The translations under genes were made by a program, and so were the position numbers. Below the pieces are notes generated by a model. That model worked only from the letters and a program-made list of their open reading frames with translations. It searched no databases and had not been told where the DNA came from. From assembly GCA_913030665.1 (NCBI GenBank), contig CAJWFS010000003.1, forward strand, positions 101 to 64,100: a stretch of 64,000 nt of DNA. The letters run 5' to 3'. This document shows positions 18,166-26,626 of the stretch, piece by piece. The DNA comes from an uncultured Acidimicrobiaceae bacterium (GTDB taxonomy: Bacteria > Actinomycetota > Acidimicrobiia > Acidimicrobiales > MedAcidi-G1). How positions within the stretch are numbered: position 1 is the stretch's first letter; each line of letters opens with the position of its first letter.

Positions 18166-18708
18166 ATGCGCGCCATGCACGTCGCGGACGAGGTCCTCGG
18201 TTTGTTCGCGGCACATGGTGGGAACACCTATGCGGAGCAGGTTTCCATGGAGCAGCACGCCCTGCAGGCTGCGGCCCTGGCCCGGGCCTCCGGTGCGTCG
18301 GACGCTCTCGTGCTAGCCGCCCTGCTCCACGACGTCGGGCACTTCCTGGCCCAGCCCGACTCGGAGTTCGGCGTGACGGACCACGGCACGACGGGAGGAG
18401 CGTGGCTGGCCGAACGGTTCGAGCCGGCGGTCAGCGAGCCGGTCCGGCTGCACGTGGCGGCCAAGCGGTTCCGGTGCTTCGTGGACCCTGCCTACGAGGA
18501 GCAGCTCAGCTCGGCATCCGTCGGGACGCTGCGCCTCCAGGGTGGTGCCATGTCGGCCGCCGAGGCCCGGGAGTTCGAGGCCGAGCCGTTCGCACAGGAC
18601 GCCCTGGCCCTCCGGTCGTTCGACGATGGCGGCAAGGTCGCCGGCCTGGAAATACCGGCGCTCGACGAATGGCGCCCGCTGCTGGACTCGCCGGGGTTCC
18701 GCCTGTGA
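18166..18708 (+). CDS. stand-alone HD-domain protein, putative PhnZ/TmpB-like di-iron oxygenase
   Basis: 'SMEQHALQAAALA..(24 aa)..LLHDVGH...DH...RLHVAAKRF'. The H / HD / H / H ligand spacing resembles phosphonate-associated HD oxygenases. Assignment as a CDS is secure; the function is an inference. Confidence 0.6.
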   Translation: MRAMHVADEVLGLFAAHGGNTYAEQVSMEQHALQAAALARASGASDALVLAALLHDVGHFLAQPDSEFGVTDHGTTGGAWLAERFEPAVSEPVRLHVAAKRFRCFVDPAYEEQLSSASVGTLRLQGGAMSAAEAREFEAEPFAQDALALRSFDDGGKVAGLEIPALDEWRPLLDSPGFRL

Positions 18709-19829
18709 CGGGCCTTCATGTCTCGGCGGTGGAGGCCGAGGTGCTCACTTTGGAACTGGCTGGCGGCCCGGCCAGGTTCCACGCCATCTGGTTGCGTGAC
18801 AACGCCCGCGACGACGCTTCGCGGGACGTGGCCAACGACCAGCGCCTGTTCGACGTGTCGGAGCTTCCGGAAGAGGTGGTGATCGCTGCCGCCGAGGTGG
18901 TGGACGGCAATCTGCGGGTGGAGTTCGGCCCGGATGGGGTGGTCAGCATCTTCGAGGTCGACTGGCTGGAGGCACACCGCTACGACGGCGTGGAGCGCCG
19001 CTCGTCGGGCGCTGTGCCCTGGCTGGCGTCTGGTCTGGACCCGTACCGGCTGGCGTGGTCACGACGCGACGACCCGTCAGCAAGGTCGGCCACGACGGCC
19101 GCCCTCGTGCGCGACGGCCTGGCGATCGTCCACGGCCTGGCACGAGGTTCCGATCCGACGGGTCCCTCAATCGGTGACGTCGCCGGGATCTGGGGGCCGA
19201 TCAGAGAGACCAACTACGGCGAGGTGTTCCACGTTCGGGCCGAGGCCGATCCGGTGAACCTGGCGTTCACGCCGCGGGCGCTGAACGTGCACACCGACAA
19301 CCCATACCGCCGCCCGGTGCCCGGGTTCCAGCTCCTCCACTGCCTCGTGGCCAGCGAGGCCGGAGGTGTGACCATGCTGGTCGACGGCTTCAGCGCCGCA
19401 GAGGCGTTGCGTGACGAGGACCCCGTTGCCTTCGACCTGCTGGCCGGCCATCGGGTCCCCTTCCGGTGGCGGGGCGACGGGTTCGACCTGCGGAACCGTT
19501 CGGCCGTCATCGGGGTGGACGACCGTGGGGTGGTGCTGGCGGTCAACTACAACAACCGGTCGGCGGCGCCGTTCGATACGCCGTTCGAGGAGATGTCCGG
19601 CTTCTACGAGGCGTACCGGTCCTTCGCCAGGCTCCTGCACCGCTCCGAGATGGAGTACCGGTTCACGCTCTCGCCGGGCGAGTGCCTGGTGTTCGACAAC
19701 GAACGGGTCCTCCACGGCCGGGAGGGGGAGTCCGACCCGGAGCGCTACCTGCAGGGCTGCTACCTTGACCGGGACTGGGTACACGGCAGCATCGGGCCAC
19801 CTGCCGAGGCACCCGGGGCTGGGATCTAA
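18705..19829 (+). CDS. Fe(II)/2-oxoglutarate dioxygenase, gamma-butyrobetaine-hydroxylase-like (DUF971 N-domain + TauD fold); putative PhnY*/TmpA-like
   Basis: 'FHAIWLRDNA' is a BBOX-type N-domain without Cys ligands. 'NVHTDNPY' is an HxD motif, and 'LVFDNERVLHGR' also fits. The GTG start at 18705 overlaps the HD gene stop (GTGA). The track ORF start at 18402 is a shadow extension. Confidence 0.7.
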   Translation: MTGLHVSAVEAEVLTLELAGGPARFHAIWLRDNARDDASRDVANDQRLFDVSELPEEVVIAAAEVVDGNLRVEFGPDGVVSIFEVDWLEAHRYDGVERRSSGAVPWLASGLDPYRLAWSRRDDPSARSATTAALVRDGLAIVHGLARGSDPTGPSIGDVAGIWGPIRETNYGEVFHVRAEADPVNLAFTPRALNVHTDNPYRRPVPGFQLLHCLVASEAGGVTMLVDGFSAAEALRDEDPVAFDLLAGHRVPFRWRGDGFDLRNRSAVIGVDDRGVVLAVNYNNRSAAPFDTPFEEMSGFYEAYRSFARLLHRSEMEYRFTLSPGECLVFDNERVLHGREGESDPERYLQGCYLDRDWVHGSIGPPAEAPGAGI

Positions 19830-19873
19830 CCCCTTGGGGCACGGGTCTGGGACCCGGCGAAAGGCAGCACGCC

Positions 19874-20854
19874 ATGATGGATATAGAGGGCCTGGTCCGC
19901 CATGACGTGGATGCACGGGGTACCCGGATCCACGTGGCCGAGGTGGGTGAGGGCCCGATGGTGCTCTTCGTACACGGCTTCCCCGAGTCGTGGTACTCGT
20001 GGCGTCACCAGCTTCCGGCGGTGGCGGCGGCCGGCTACCGGGCCGTGGCCATCGACGTGCGGGGCTACGGGTCCTCGGAGCGCCCCACCGAGGTGGACGC
20101 CTACCGCCTAGTTGACCTGGTCGGGGACTGCGTGGGGGTGGTCGAGGCTCTTGGCGACGAGGGAGCAGTGATCGTGGGCCACGACTGGGGGTCGCCGATC
20201 GCCAGCACGGCGGCGCTGTTGCGCCCCGAGGTGTTCCGGGCGGTCGCCCTCCTGAGCGTCGCCTACACCCCGCCCAACGAGTTCCGACCGACCGACGTCT
20301 TCCGGATGATGGGCGGCGACGACACGTTCTACTTGGAGTACTTCCAGGAACCCGGCGTGGCCGAAGCCGAGATCGGCACCGATCCGGCCCGGTGGCTGGA
20401 GGGAATGATCTTCAGCGCATCGGGGGACGCACCACCGCCGCTCCCGGGCGAACCGACCGGCTTCGCCGTTTCAGAGGGTGGTCGTTTGGACGACAACTTT
20501 CGCTACCCGACGGGTCCGCTGGCATGGCAGGGCGCCGACGACCTCGCCTTCTATGTCGGAGAGTTCGCCAGGGCCGGGTTCTCGGGCGGCCTGAACCGGT
20601 ACCGCTGCGTGGACCACGACTGGGTAGACCTGCGGGCCTGGCGTGGGGCGCCGATCCACCAGCCCTCGCTCTACATCGGCGGGGAGAAGGACGGTCCCAC
20701 CATCTGGGGCGCCGGCAGCATCGCCCGCTACCCCGAGACCCTGCCGGGCCTGCACGACTCGGTGGTCCTACCGGGCGTCGGCCACTGGATGCAGCAGGAG
20801 GACGCTGCGGGGGTCAACGCCCTCCTCCGGGACTTCCTGGACGCCTGCTCCTGA
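19874..20854 (+). CDS. alpha/beta hydrolase, epoxide-hydrolase / haloalkane-dehalogenase-like
   Basis: 'FVHGFPESWYSWRHQ' and 'VGHDWGS' (nucleophile Asp context), with a C-terminal 'GVGHWMQQE'. Confidence 0.85.
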   Translation: MMDIEGLVRHDVDARGTRIHVAEVGEGPMVLFVHGFPESWYSWRHQLPAVAAAGYRAVAIDVRGYGSSERPTEVDAYRLVDLVGDCVGVVEALGDEGAVIVGHDWGSPIASTAALLRPEVFRAVALLSVAYTPPNEFRPTDVFRMMGGDDTFYLEYFQEPGVAEAEIGTDPARWLEGMIFSASGDAPPPLPGEPTGFAVSEGGRLDDNFRYPTGPLAWQGADDLAFYVGEFARAGFSGGLNRYRCVDHDWVDLRAWRGAPIHQPSLYIGGEKDGPTIWGAGSIARYPETLPGLHDSVVLPGVGHWMQQEDAAGVNALLRDFLDACS

Positions 20855-20865
20855 TCAACCGGGTG

Positions 20866-20885
20866 GCGGCCGCATCGACGGCCGC
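20866..20885 (+). terminator. GC hairpin GCGGCCG-CATCGA-CGGCCGC downstream of the hydrolase gene (no U-tract)
   Basis: A perfect 7-bp stem read from the sequence, 12 nt after the stop codon. Confidence 0.3.
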
Positions 20886-20935
20886 GGCCCGACGCCCCGC
20901 AGGTCTACCGACAGGCGTCGCCTAGGGTCACCCGG

Positions 20936-23017
20936 ATGGGAAAGGGCGACCATGGCCGGCTGACCCGCTCGCTGGGGCTCCGCCACGTCTTCGCCCTCTC
21001 GACAGGGGCGATGCTTTCCTCGGGCCTGTTCCTGCTGCCTGGCATCGCCGCGGCGAAGGCCGGACCGGCGGCCGTACTGGCCTACCTGCTGGCGGGCCTG
21101 ATGGCCGTGCCGGCAATGCTCAGCGTGTCCGAGCTGGCCACGGCACTACCCAAGGCCGGCGGCGCGTACTACTTCCTGGAGCGGGCGCTGGGACCGGCGG
21201 TGGGAACCGTTGCCGGGTTCGGGACCTGGCTGTCGCTGGTGCTCAAGGACGCCTTCGCCATGGTCGGCATGAGCGCCTACCTGGTGCTGGTCCTGGACGT
21301 GAACGCCACGGTCCTCGCCCTGGTGCTCATAGCAATGTTCACCCTGGTGAACGTGGTGGGATCCAAGGCCAGCGCCTCCATGCAGCTCGCCCTGGTGGTG
21401 GTGGTGCTGGGTGCCATGGCCTGGTTCATTGTCGAGGGGTTGGCGGAGACGGCCTCGCGCGGCTTCGACGGCTCGAACCTGGACCCCTTCTTCACCACGG
21501 GGGTATCCGGGATCACCGCCGTGGTCGGTCTGGTGTTCGTGTCGTTTGGTGGCCTCACCAAGGTGGCCAGTGCCGCCGAGGAGGTGGAGGACCCCTCGCA
21601 GCGCATCCCGTTGGGTATGGCCCTCTCGCTGGCCACCGCCACGGTGGTCTACACCCTCGGCGTCCTGGTGACCATCGCCCTGGTGCCGCCCGACGTACTG
21701 CACGGCGACCTGGCTCCCATACACACCGCAGCACAGGCGGTCCTGCCGAAGATCGGCGTGTGGCTGGTCGTGGTGGCGGCACTGGCTGCCTTCTCCTCGG
21801 CGGTGAACGCGGGGATCCTGGCCGCTGCCCGGTACCCGATGGCCATGGCCCGCGACGGCCTCCTGCCTGCCCGCATGGGGGCCCTCAGTCGGTTCGGCAC
21901 CCCGGTCGTCGGTGTCGTCATGACGGGATCGGCTATTGCCCTGGTCGTCGTGGCATTTGACATCGAGTCCATCGCCAAGATGGCCAGCGCCTTCGTGCTC
22001 CTGACGCTGGGCCTGGTGAACCTGGCCGTGCTGGTGCTGCGGGCATCGGAGATCCGGTCGTACGCACCGGCGTTCCGGTCGCCCCTGTACCCGTTCACCC
22101 AGCTGGTCGGCATGGCCATCTCGGCATACCTGATCGTGCGCCTCGGGGTTTCCGCCCTCGTCTTCGTGGCCATCGTGTCCGCTCTGGGCTGGGCGTGGCA
22201 CCACCTCTACGCCACCCCGCGGACCGATCGGGCCGGGGCCATACGCCACGTGTTCCGCCGCTGGGGTCGGGGAGCCGACGAGGCCCTGGAGCGGGAGATC
22301 AGTGCTGCGATGGCCGGGCACGGGCTGCGCTCCGTCGACGACTATCCGGGGCTTATCGCCCGGGCCGTGGTCCTCTCGGTGCCGGCTGGCACGGACATCA
22401 CGGAGGCGGCGTCCCGTGCGGCGGCGGTGCTGTCGGACCGCATCGGCGTGTCGACCGAGCGGGTCACCGAGCGGTTCCTGGAGACGGGGTCGCTCTGGAT
22501 CCAGTCGTCGGACGACCACCCCACGGCCACGCCAGTGGCCCTCTTCGACGCCATCCAGACCGACCAACTGGTGATCGTGCGGGCCGCGGCGGGAATCCGG
22601 ATACCAGCCGCCTGGGGCGGGTCAGGCGAGCTGGTGAACGCCCTGTTCTTCCTGGCTGGCACGTCGTCAGACCCGGGTCGGTCCCTGCGCCTTGCCGGCG
22701 AGTTGGCCGGGTTCCTCCACTCCGGCGCCCGCGCCTGCGGCCTGGCCACCACCGAGGCCGAGGTGAAGTCGTCGCTCCTACCCGGCTGGGCCGTCCGTCA
22801 GTACGCACTGCTGCCCGAGGGGCGTGACGCCGGCCTCATCGGTCGGCGGGTGGGTGGCCTGCCCCTTCCCGACGGGGTGGAGGTGGCTGCGGTGACCCGG
22901 TTCGGGGTTCCCCTGCTCGTCGAAGACAGCCTGGTGCTGGAACCTGATGACCAGCTCACCATCGTCGGCCCGGAGGGCGTCATGCCGACTCCCGGAGATC
23001 CCGCCCCGGTCGTCTGA
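20936..23017 (+). CDS. APC-superfamily amino-acid/polyamine permease fused to a ~260-aa cytoplasmic tail ending in a TrkA-C (RCK_C)-like domain
   Basis: 'LSTGAMLSSGLFLLPG' and 'SELATALPKAGGAYYF' are typical APC N-terminal motifs. The tail 'LIGRRVGGLPLPDGVEVAAVTRFGVPLLVEDSLVLEPDDQLTIVGPEG' looks like TrkA-C. Confidence 0.85.
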   Translation: MGKGDHGRLTRSLGLRHVFALSTGAMLSSGLFLLPGIAAAKAGPAAVLAYLLAGLMAVPAMLSVSELATALPKAGGAYYFLERALGPAVGTVAGFGTWLSLVLKDAFAMVGMSAYLVLVLDVNATVLALVLIAMFTLVNVVGSKASASMQLALVVVVLGAMAWFIVEGLAETASRGFDGSNLDPFFTTGVSGITAVVGLVFVSFGGLTKVASAAEEVEDPSQRIPLGMALSLATATVVYTLGVLVTIALVPPDVLHGDLAPIHTAAQAVLPKIGVWLVVVAALAAFSSAVNAGILAAARYPMAMARDGLLPARMGALSRFGTPVVGVVMTGSAIALVVVAFDIESIAKMASAFVLLTLGLVNLAVLVLRASEIRSYAPAFRSPLYPFTQLVGMAISAYLIVRLGVSALVFVAIVSALGWAWHHLYATPRTDRAGAIRHVFRRWGRGADEALEREISAAMAGHGLRSVDDYPGLIARAVVLSVPAGTDITEAASRAAAVLSDRIGVSTERVTERFLETGSLWIQSSDDHPTATPVALFDAIQTDQLVIVRAAAGIRIPAAWGGSGELVNALFFLAGTSSDPGRSLRLAGELAGFLHSGARACGLATTEAEVKSSLLPGWAVRQYALLPEGRDAGLIGRRVGGLPLPDGVEVAAVTRFGVPLLVEDSLVLEPDDQLTIVGPEGVMPTPGDPAPVV

Positions 23018-23032
23018 CCTTCCTGCGCTGGA

Positions 23033-23959
23033 TCAGGCGATGAGGAGGCGTCGGATCTCGGCTGCTCCGGCCACGCGTTCGGCATTGGTGGCGGCGATGG
23101 GGGCGAGGTTGAAGTCGACGGCGCCGGCCTCCACGAACGGGCGGAGCCAGTCGGCGATCTCGGCCGGGGTCCCGACAGGGGAGTACCTCTCGAAGGCCGA
23201 ATACGGAGCGCCGTAGAACTTCTCCATGGCCGGGCCCAGGAGTGCGGCGCCCTCTGCGGGGTCGTCGCCCAGCCCGACCCACACCTGGTAGCCGTGCCGC
23301 CAGGACACGCCGCTTCGTCCGGCTTCGGCGGCGGTCGCCTCTGCGAGGGACACGCCGAGAGCAAAGCGGCCGGGGGAGCACCACGAGGCCAGCCAGCCGT
23401 CGCCTCGTCGGCCGGCCCGTTCCACGGCGGCGTCGGACCGCCCGCCCACGATGATCGGGACCGGTGGCGATGGGGCAGGTAGCACTGACACGTCCGGGGC
23501 CTCGTAGAAGTCGCCATGGTGGTCGATGGTCTCGCCGGCCAGGAGCGGCCGTAGGACGTCCAGCGCCTCGTCGGTGCGGCGCCCGCGGGTGGCCGGATCC
23601 ACCCCGACCACCTCCATCTCGTGGCGGTCCTCGCCGCCCACGCCCACCCCGAAGGTGAGGCGGCCGGGCGCCTGCTCGGCGAGCGTGGAGACCTGTCGGG
23701 CCACGGCGACCGGGTGGCGCAGCGCCAGCAGGTAGACGCCGACGTAGACGCCTATCGTGGGATGGAGGCCTGCCAGCCACGACACGGTCATGAGGCCGTC
23801 CCGTCCCCGTCCACCGTGGAAGGCGACGTGGTCGGCGGTGATCAGGTGGTCCAGGCCGGCCTCGGCCGCTGAATGTACGTAGTCGACCGCCTCCTCGTGC
23901 GTAGCGAATCCCGCTGGCGGGATCGACAACCCGACCCTGATACGGGCCGGCGGCGGCAT
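23033..23959 (-). CDS. luciferase-like monooxygenase (LLM) family, F420-dependent-oxidoreductase-like
   Basis: 'RVGLSIPP', 'GLDHLITADHV', 'QVSTLAEQAPGRLTFGVGVGG', 'RGRRTDEALDVLRPLLAGE'. The start was moved to ATG 23959. Confidence 0.85.
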   Translation of the reverse strand: MPPPARIRVGLSIPPAGFATHEEAVDYVHSAAEAGLDHLITADHVAFHGGRGRDGLMTVSWLAGLHPTIGVYVGVYLLALRHPVAVARQVSTLAEQAPGRLTFGVGVGGEDRHEMEVVGVDPATRGRRTDEALDVLRPLLAGETIDHHGDFYEAPDVSVLPAPSPPVPIIVGGRSDAAVERAGRRGDGWLASWCSPGRFALGVSLAEATAAEAGRSGVSWRHGYQVWVGLGDDPAEGAALLGPAMEKFYGAPYSAFERYSPVGTPAEIADWLRPFVEAGAVDFNLAPIAATNAERVAGAAEIRRLLIA

Positions 23960-23961
23960 GG

Positions 23962-24648
23962 TCAAGGCGTGCGCTTCTCCCCGAAGGCGTCCCAGGAGGT
24001 GATCCTCTCGGGGCCGCGGTAACGGGGGGCCACCCCCCACTTCCCGGTCGGGTGCCCGAGCGGGAGCAGCGCCAGCACCTCGTAGCGCCCGGGGATGCCG
24101 AGCAGCGATCGCACGTCGTCTTCGTAGATGCGGTGCAGGGTGGTCATCGCCGTTCCGAGGCCCAACGAGCGGGCGGCCAGCATGAAGTTCTGGATGGCCG
24201 GGTACACCGAGGCGTGGGTGGGCCCTACGGGCATCGGCCCCTCCTCGTCGTGGACGGTCATGTCGATGGTCGGCATGAGCAGTAGGACGATCACGGGAAC
24301 GTGCTCGAGGTTCTGGGCCAGGTGCACGGTGGCCCGGTTGTTGCGCTCCCAGGCGTCGCGTGCCGAGTCGTTGGGGAACTCGGCAGGGGCGATGGCCGGC
24401 TCGTAGCGCGCCCAGCCACGACGGTAGATCCCGGCCAGACCGGTGCGCAGTTCAGGGTCCTGCACGACCACAAACTGGTACGGCTGGATGTTCCCGCCGC
24501 TGGGTGCCTGGACGGCCGCCTGCAGGCAGGTCCAGATGTCCTCGTCGGCCACGGGTTCGTCGCTGTAGCGACGCATGGCCCGGTTGGTCATCAGGCCGTC
24601 CAGTAACCCGATCTGGTTTCCGCGGGCCTGTCCTGTCTCGAATGTCAT
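23962..24648 (-). CDS. nitroreductase-family protein
   Basis: 'TNRAMRRYSDEPVADEDIWTCLQAAVQAPSGGNIQPYQFVVVQD'. The start was moved to ATG 24648 ('MTFETGQ'). Confidence 0.85.
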   Translation of the reverse strand: MTFETGQARGNQIGLLDGLMTNRAMRRYSDEPVADEDIWTCLQAAVQAPSGGNIQPYQFVVVQDPELRTGLAGIYRRGWARYEPAIAPAEFPNDSARDAWERNNRATVHLAQNLEHVPVIVLLLMPTIDMTVHDEEGPMPVGPTHASVYPAIQNFMLAARSLGLGTAMTTLHRIYEDDVRSLLGIPGRYEVLALLPLGHPTGKWGVAPRYRGPERITSWDAFGEKRTP

Positions 24649-24662
24649 CGGTGGGGTCCTCT

Positions 24663-25454
24663 CTACTTCCCGGTGAATCGGGGTTCGCGCTTCTCGGCCA
24701 GAGCCGAGAGTGCTTCGGTGAAGTCCTCGGAACTGAAGGTCACGGTCTCCAGGGCGGTCGACAGGTCGAAGGCCGGGCCACAGGTCTGCTTGATCCAGGC
24801 GTTCACCGCCTGCTTCGTGAACTGGACCGCCTGGGGCGCTCCGGCGGCCAGGCGCTTCGCCCATGCCAGGCCGGCGGCGACGCAGGCCACGGGGTCGGGC
24901 GCCGATTCCACGATTAGGCCCATCCGGACGGCTTCGGTGGCCGTCACCGGGTCTCCGGTCAGCAGGAACCGCTTGGCCAGTTGCGGCCCGAGGGCCAGCG
25001 GCCAGGCGATGGTGCCGCCGTCGCCGGCCACGATGCCGACCCGCACATGGGGGTCGCCGAGTCGGGCCGTCTCGGACATGACCGTGATGTCGGACAGCAG
25101 CGCGATGCTGGCCCCCAGCCCCATGGCGTGGCCGGTCACCGCGCAGACCAGCGGGAGGTGCAGGTCCAGCAGGTCCCACACGATGGCCCTGCCGTCCAAG
25201 CGGATGTCGGTGGCGTAGCCGGGCTTCGAGAACTCCGGAAACCAGCCGAAGTCGCCGCCGGCGGTGAAGGCGCGATCGGTGCCGGCCAGCAGGACGGCCC
25301 GGGCCTGGCGTTCGTTGCGTAGGTGCTTGAAGAGGTGCGTGAGCTCGTGGTGCATCTGCTCGTCGACCTTGTTGAGGTGGTCGTCGGGCTTGTCGATGGT
25401 CACCACCAGCACGTCACCGTCCCGGTCGAGGTGGAGGTACTCGAAGTCGGTCAT
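24663..25454 (-). CDS. enoyl-CoA hydratase/isomerase (crotonase) family
   Basis: 'VLVVTIDKPDD..LNKVDEQM', 'AVLLAGTDRAFTAGGDF', 'LVCAVTGHAMGLGASIALLSD'. The start was moved to ATG 25454. Confidence 0.88.
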   Translation of the reverse strand: MTDFEYLHLDRDGDVLVVTIDKPDDHLNKVDEQMHHELTHLFKHLRNERQARAVLLAGTDRAFTAGGDFGWFPEFSKPGYATDIRLDGRAIVWDLLDLHLPLVCAVTGHAMGLGASIALLSDITVMSETARLGDPHVRVGIVAGDGGTIAWPLALGPQLAKRFLLTGDPVTATEAVRMGLIVESAPDPVACVAAGLAWAKRLAAGAPQAVQFTKQAVNAWIKQTCGPAFDLSTALETVTFSSEDFTEALSALAEKREPRFTGK

Positions 25455-25491
25455 GGTCGCTCCCGTGGTCGTTTGTATGTCGGTTGGTGGG

Positions 25492-26616
25492 TCAGGAGGC
25501 GGGCCTGGGTTCCCGGGGAAGCCCCAGGAGCCGCTCGCCGATGATGTTGCGTTGCACCTCGCTGGTGCCACCGCCGATGGTCAGGGCCCGTGAGAAGTAG
25601 TGGCCCCAGGCCCACTGGTCATCATGCTCCTCGTACGGGTAGTGCCCGTCCAGCATGGTGGACGGGCCCTCGAGGTCCTTCACCAGCGACATGGCCTTCT
25701 GGCCGTGCACGTCACCCATGGCCTTGCGGACCGACGACAACGGGCCCGGATCGGCGCCGGCCACCCTGGCGCTCATGATGCGCTGGTTGAGGAGCCTCAG
25801 GATCACCATCTCGGTGTAGAGGTCTGAGATGCGCTGGCGGAGCACCGGGTCGTCGCAACCGAATGACCGGATCCGGTCCAGCACCGCCTCGTCGTCGGGC
25901 CCCCGTCCCCAGAGCACGCCGCCCTCCGAGAGCGAGACCCGTTCGTTGGCCAGGGTCACCTTGGCGAGGCGCCAGCCCTCGTTCTCCGCCCCGACGAGGT
26001 GCTCGGCGGGGATGCGTACGTCGGTCAGGAACGTCTCGTTGAAGTGGCGGCCGCCGGTCATCTCGATGATCGGGCGGACCTCGATGCCCGGGGTGGCCAT
26101 GTCCAAGAGAAAGTAGGAGATGCCCCTCTGTGGCGGGCCGTCGTCCGAGGTGCGTGCCAGGAGGATTCCCCAGTCGGTCACGTCGGCCCGCGTCGACCAG
26201 AGCTTCGAGCCGTTCACCACGTAGCAGTCGCCGTCGCGCACGGCACGGGTCCGGAGCGAGGCCAGGTCCGACCCGGCCTCCGGCTCGCTGAAGAGCTGGC
26301 ACCAGTCCTCGGTGTCGTCGAGCATAGGGGGGAGGAATCGCTGCTTCTGGGCCTCGGTCCCGCCGGCGAGGATCGTGGGTCCGGCCCATCCCACGCCGAT
26401 GGACGCTCCGGGGATCCTCACGTCGGCGGCCCTGAACTCGTCCTCGATGATGAGCTGTGCCTCGGCGTCGGCGTCGCGGCCCCACGGGCTGGGCCAGTGG
26501 GGGGCTATGAAGCCACCTTCGGCGAGGTCTCTGCGCGACGGCGACGGGTTGGAGGCCAGCCAGGAACGGACCTCGAGGCGACGGGGGTCATCGTCGGCGG
26601 GTAGGGCGAAGTCCAT
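25492..26616 (-). CDS. acyl-CoA dehydrogenase
   Basis: 'FSEPEAGSDLASL', 'YVVNGSKLWST', 'IGGGTSEVQRNIIGERLLGLP'. Confidence 0.9.
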   Translation of the reverse strand: MDFALPADDDPRRLEVRSWLASNPSPSRRDLAEGGFIAPHWPSPWGRDADAEAQLIIEDEFRAADVRIPGASIGVGWAGPTILAGGTEAQKQRFLPPMLDDTEDWCQLFSEPEAGSDLASLRTRAVRDGDCYVVNGSKLWSTRADVTDWGILLARTSDDGPPQRGISYFLLDMATPGIEVRPIIEMTGGRHFNETFLTDVRIPAEHLVGAENEGWRLAKVTLANERVSLSEGGVLWGRGPDDEAVLDRIRSFGCDDPVLRQRISDLYTEMVILRLLNQRIMSARVAGADPGPLSSVRKAMGDVHGQKAMSLVKDLEGPSTMLDGHYPYEEHDDQWAWGHYFSRALTIGGGTSEVQRNIIGERLLGLPREPRPAS

Positions 26617-26626
26617 CGGCCCTACC

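Noticed and set aside
18132-18174. The inverted repeat GGCGCGC-N29-GCGCGCC spanning the first ATG of the HD gene, as a possible translational control hairpin.
   Set aside because: The 7-bp GC arms and long loop are weak evidence in 70% GC DNA. A second in-frame ATG at 18175 offers a simpler explanation for the start-site ambiguity.
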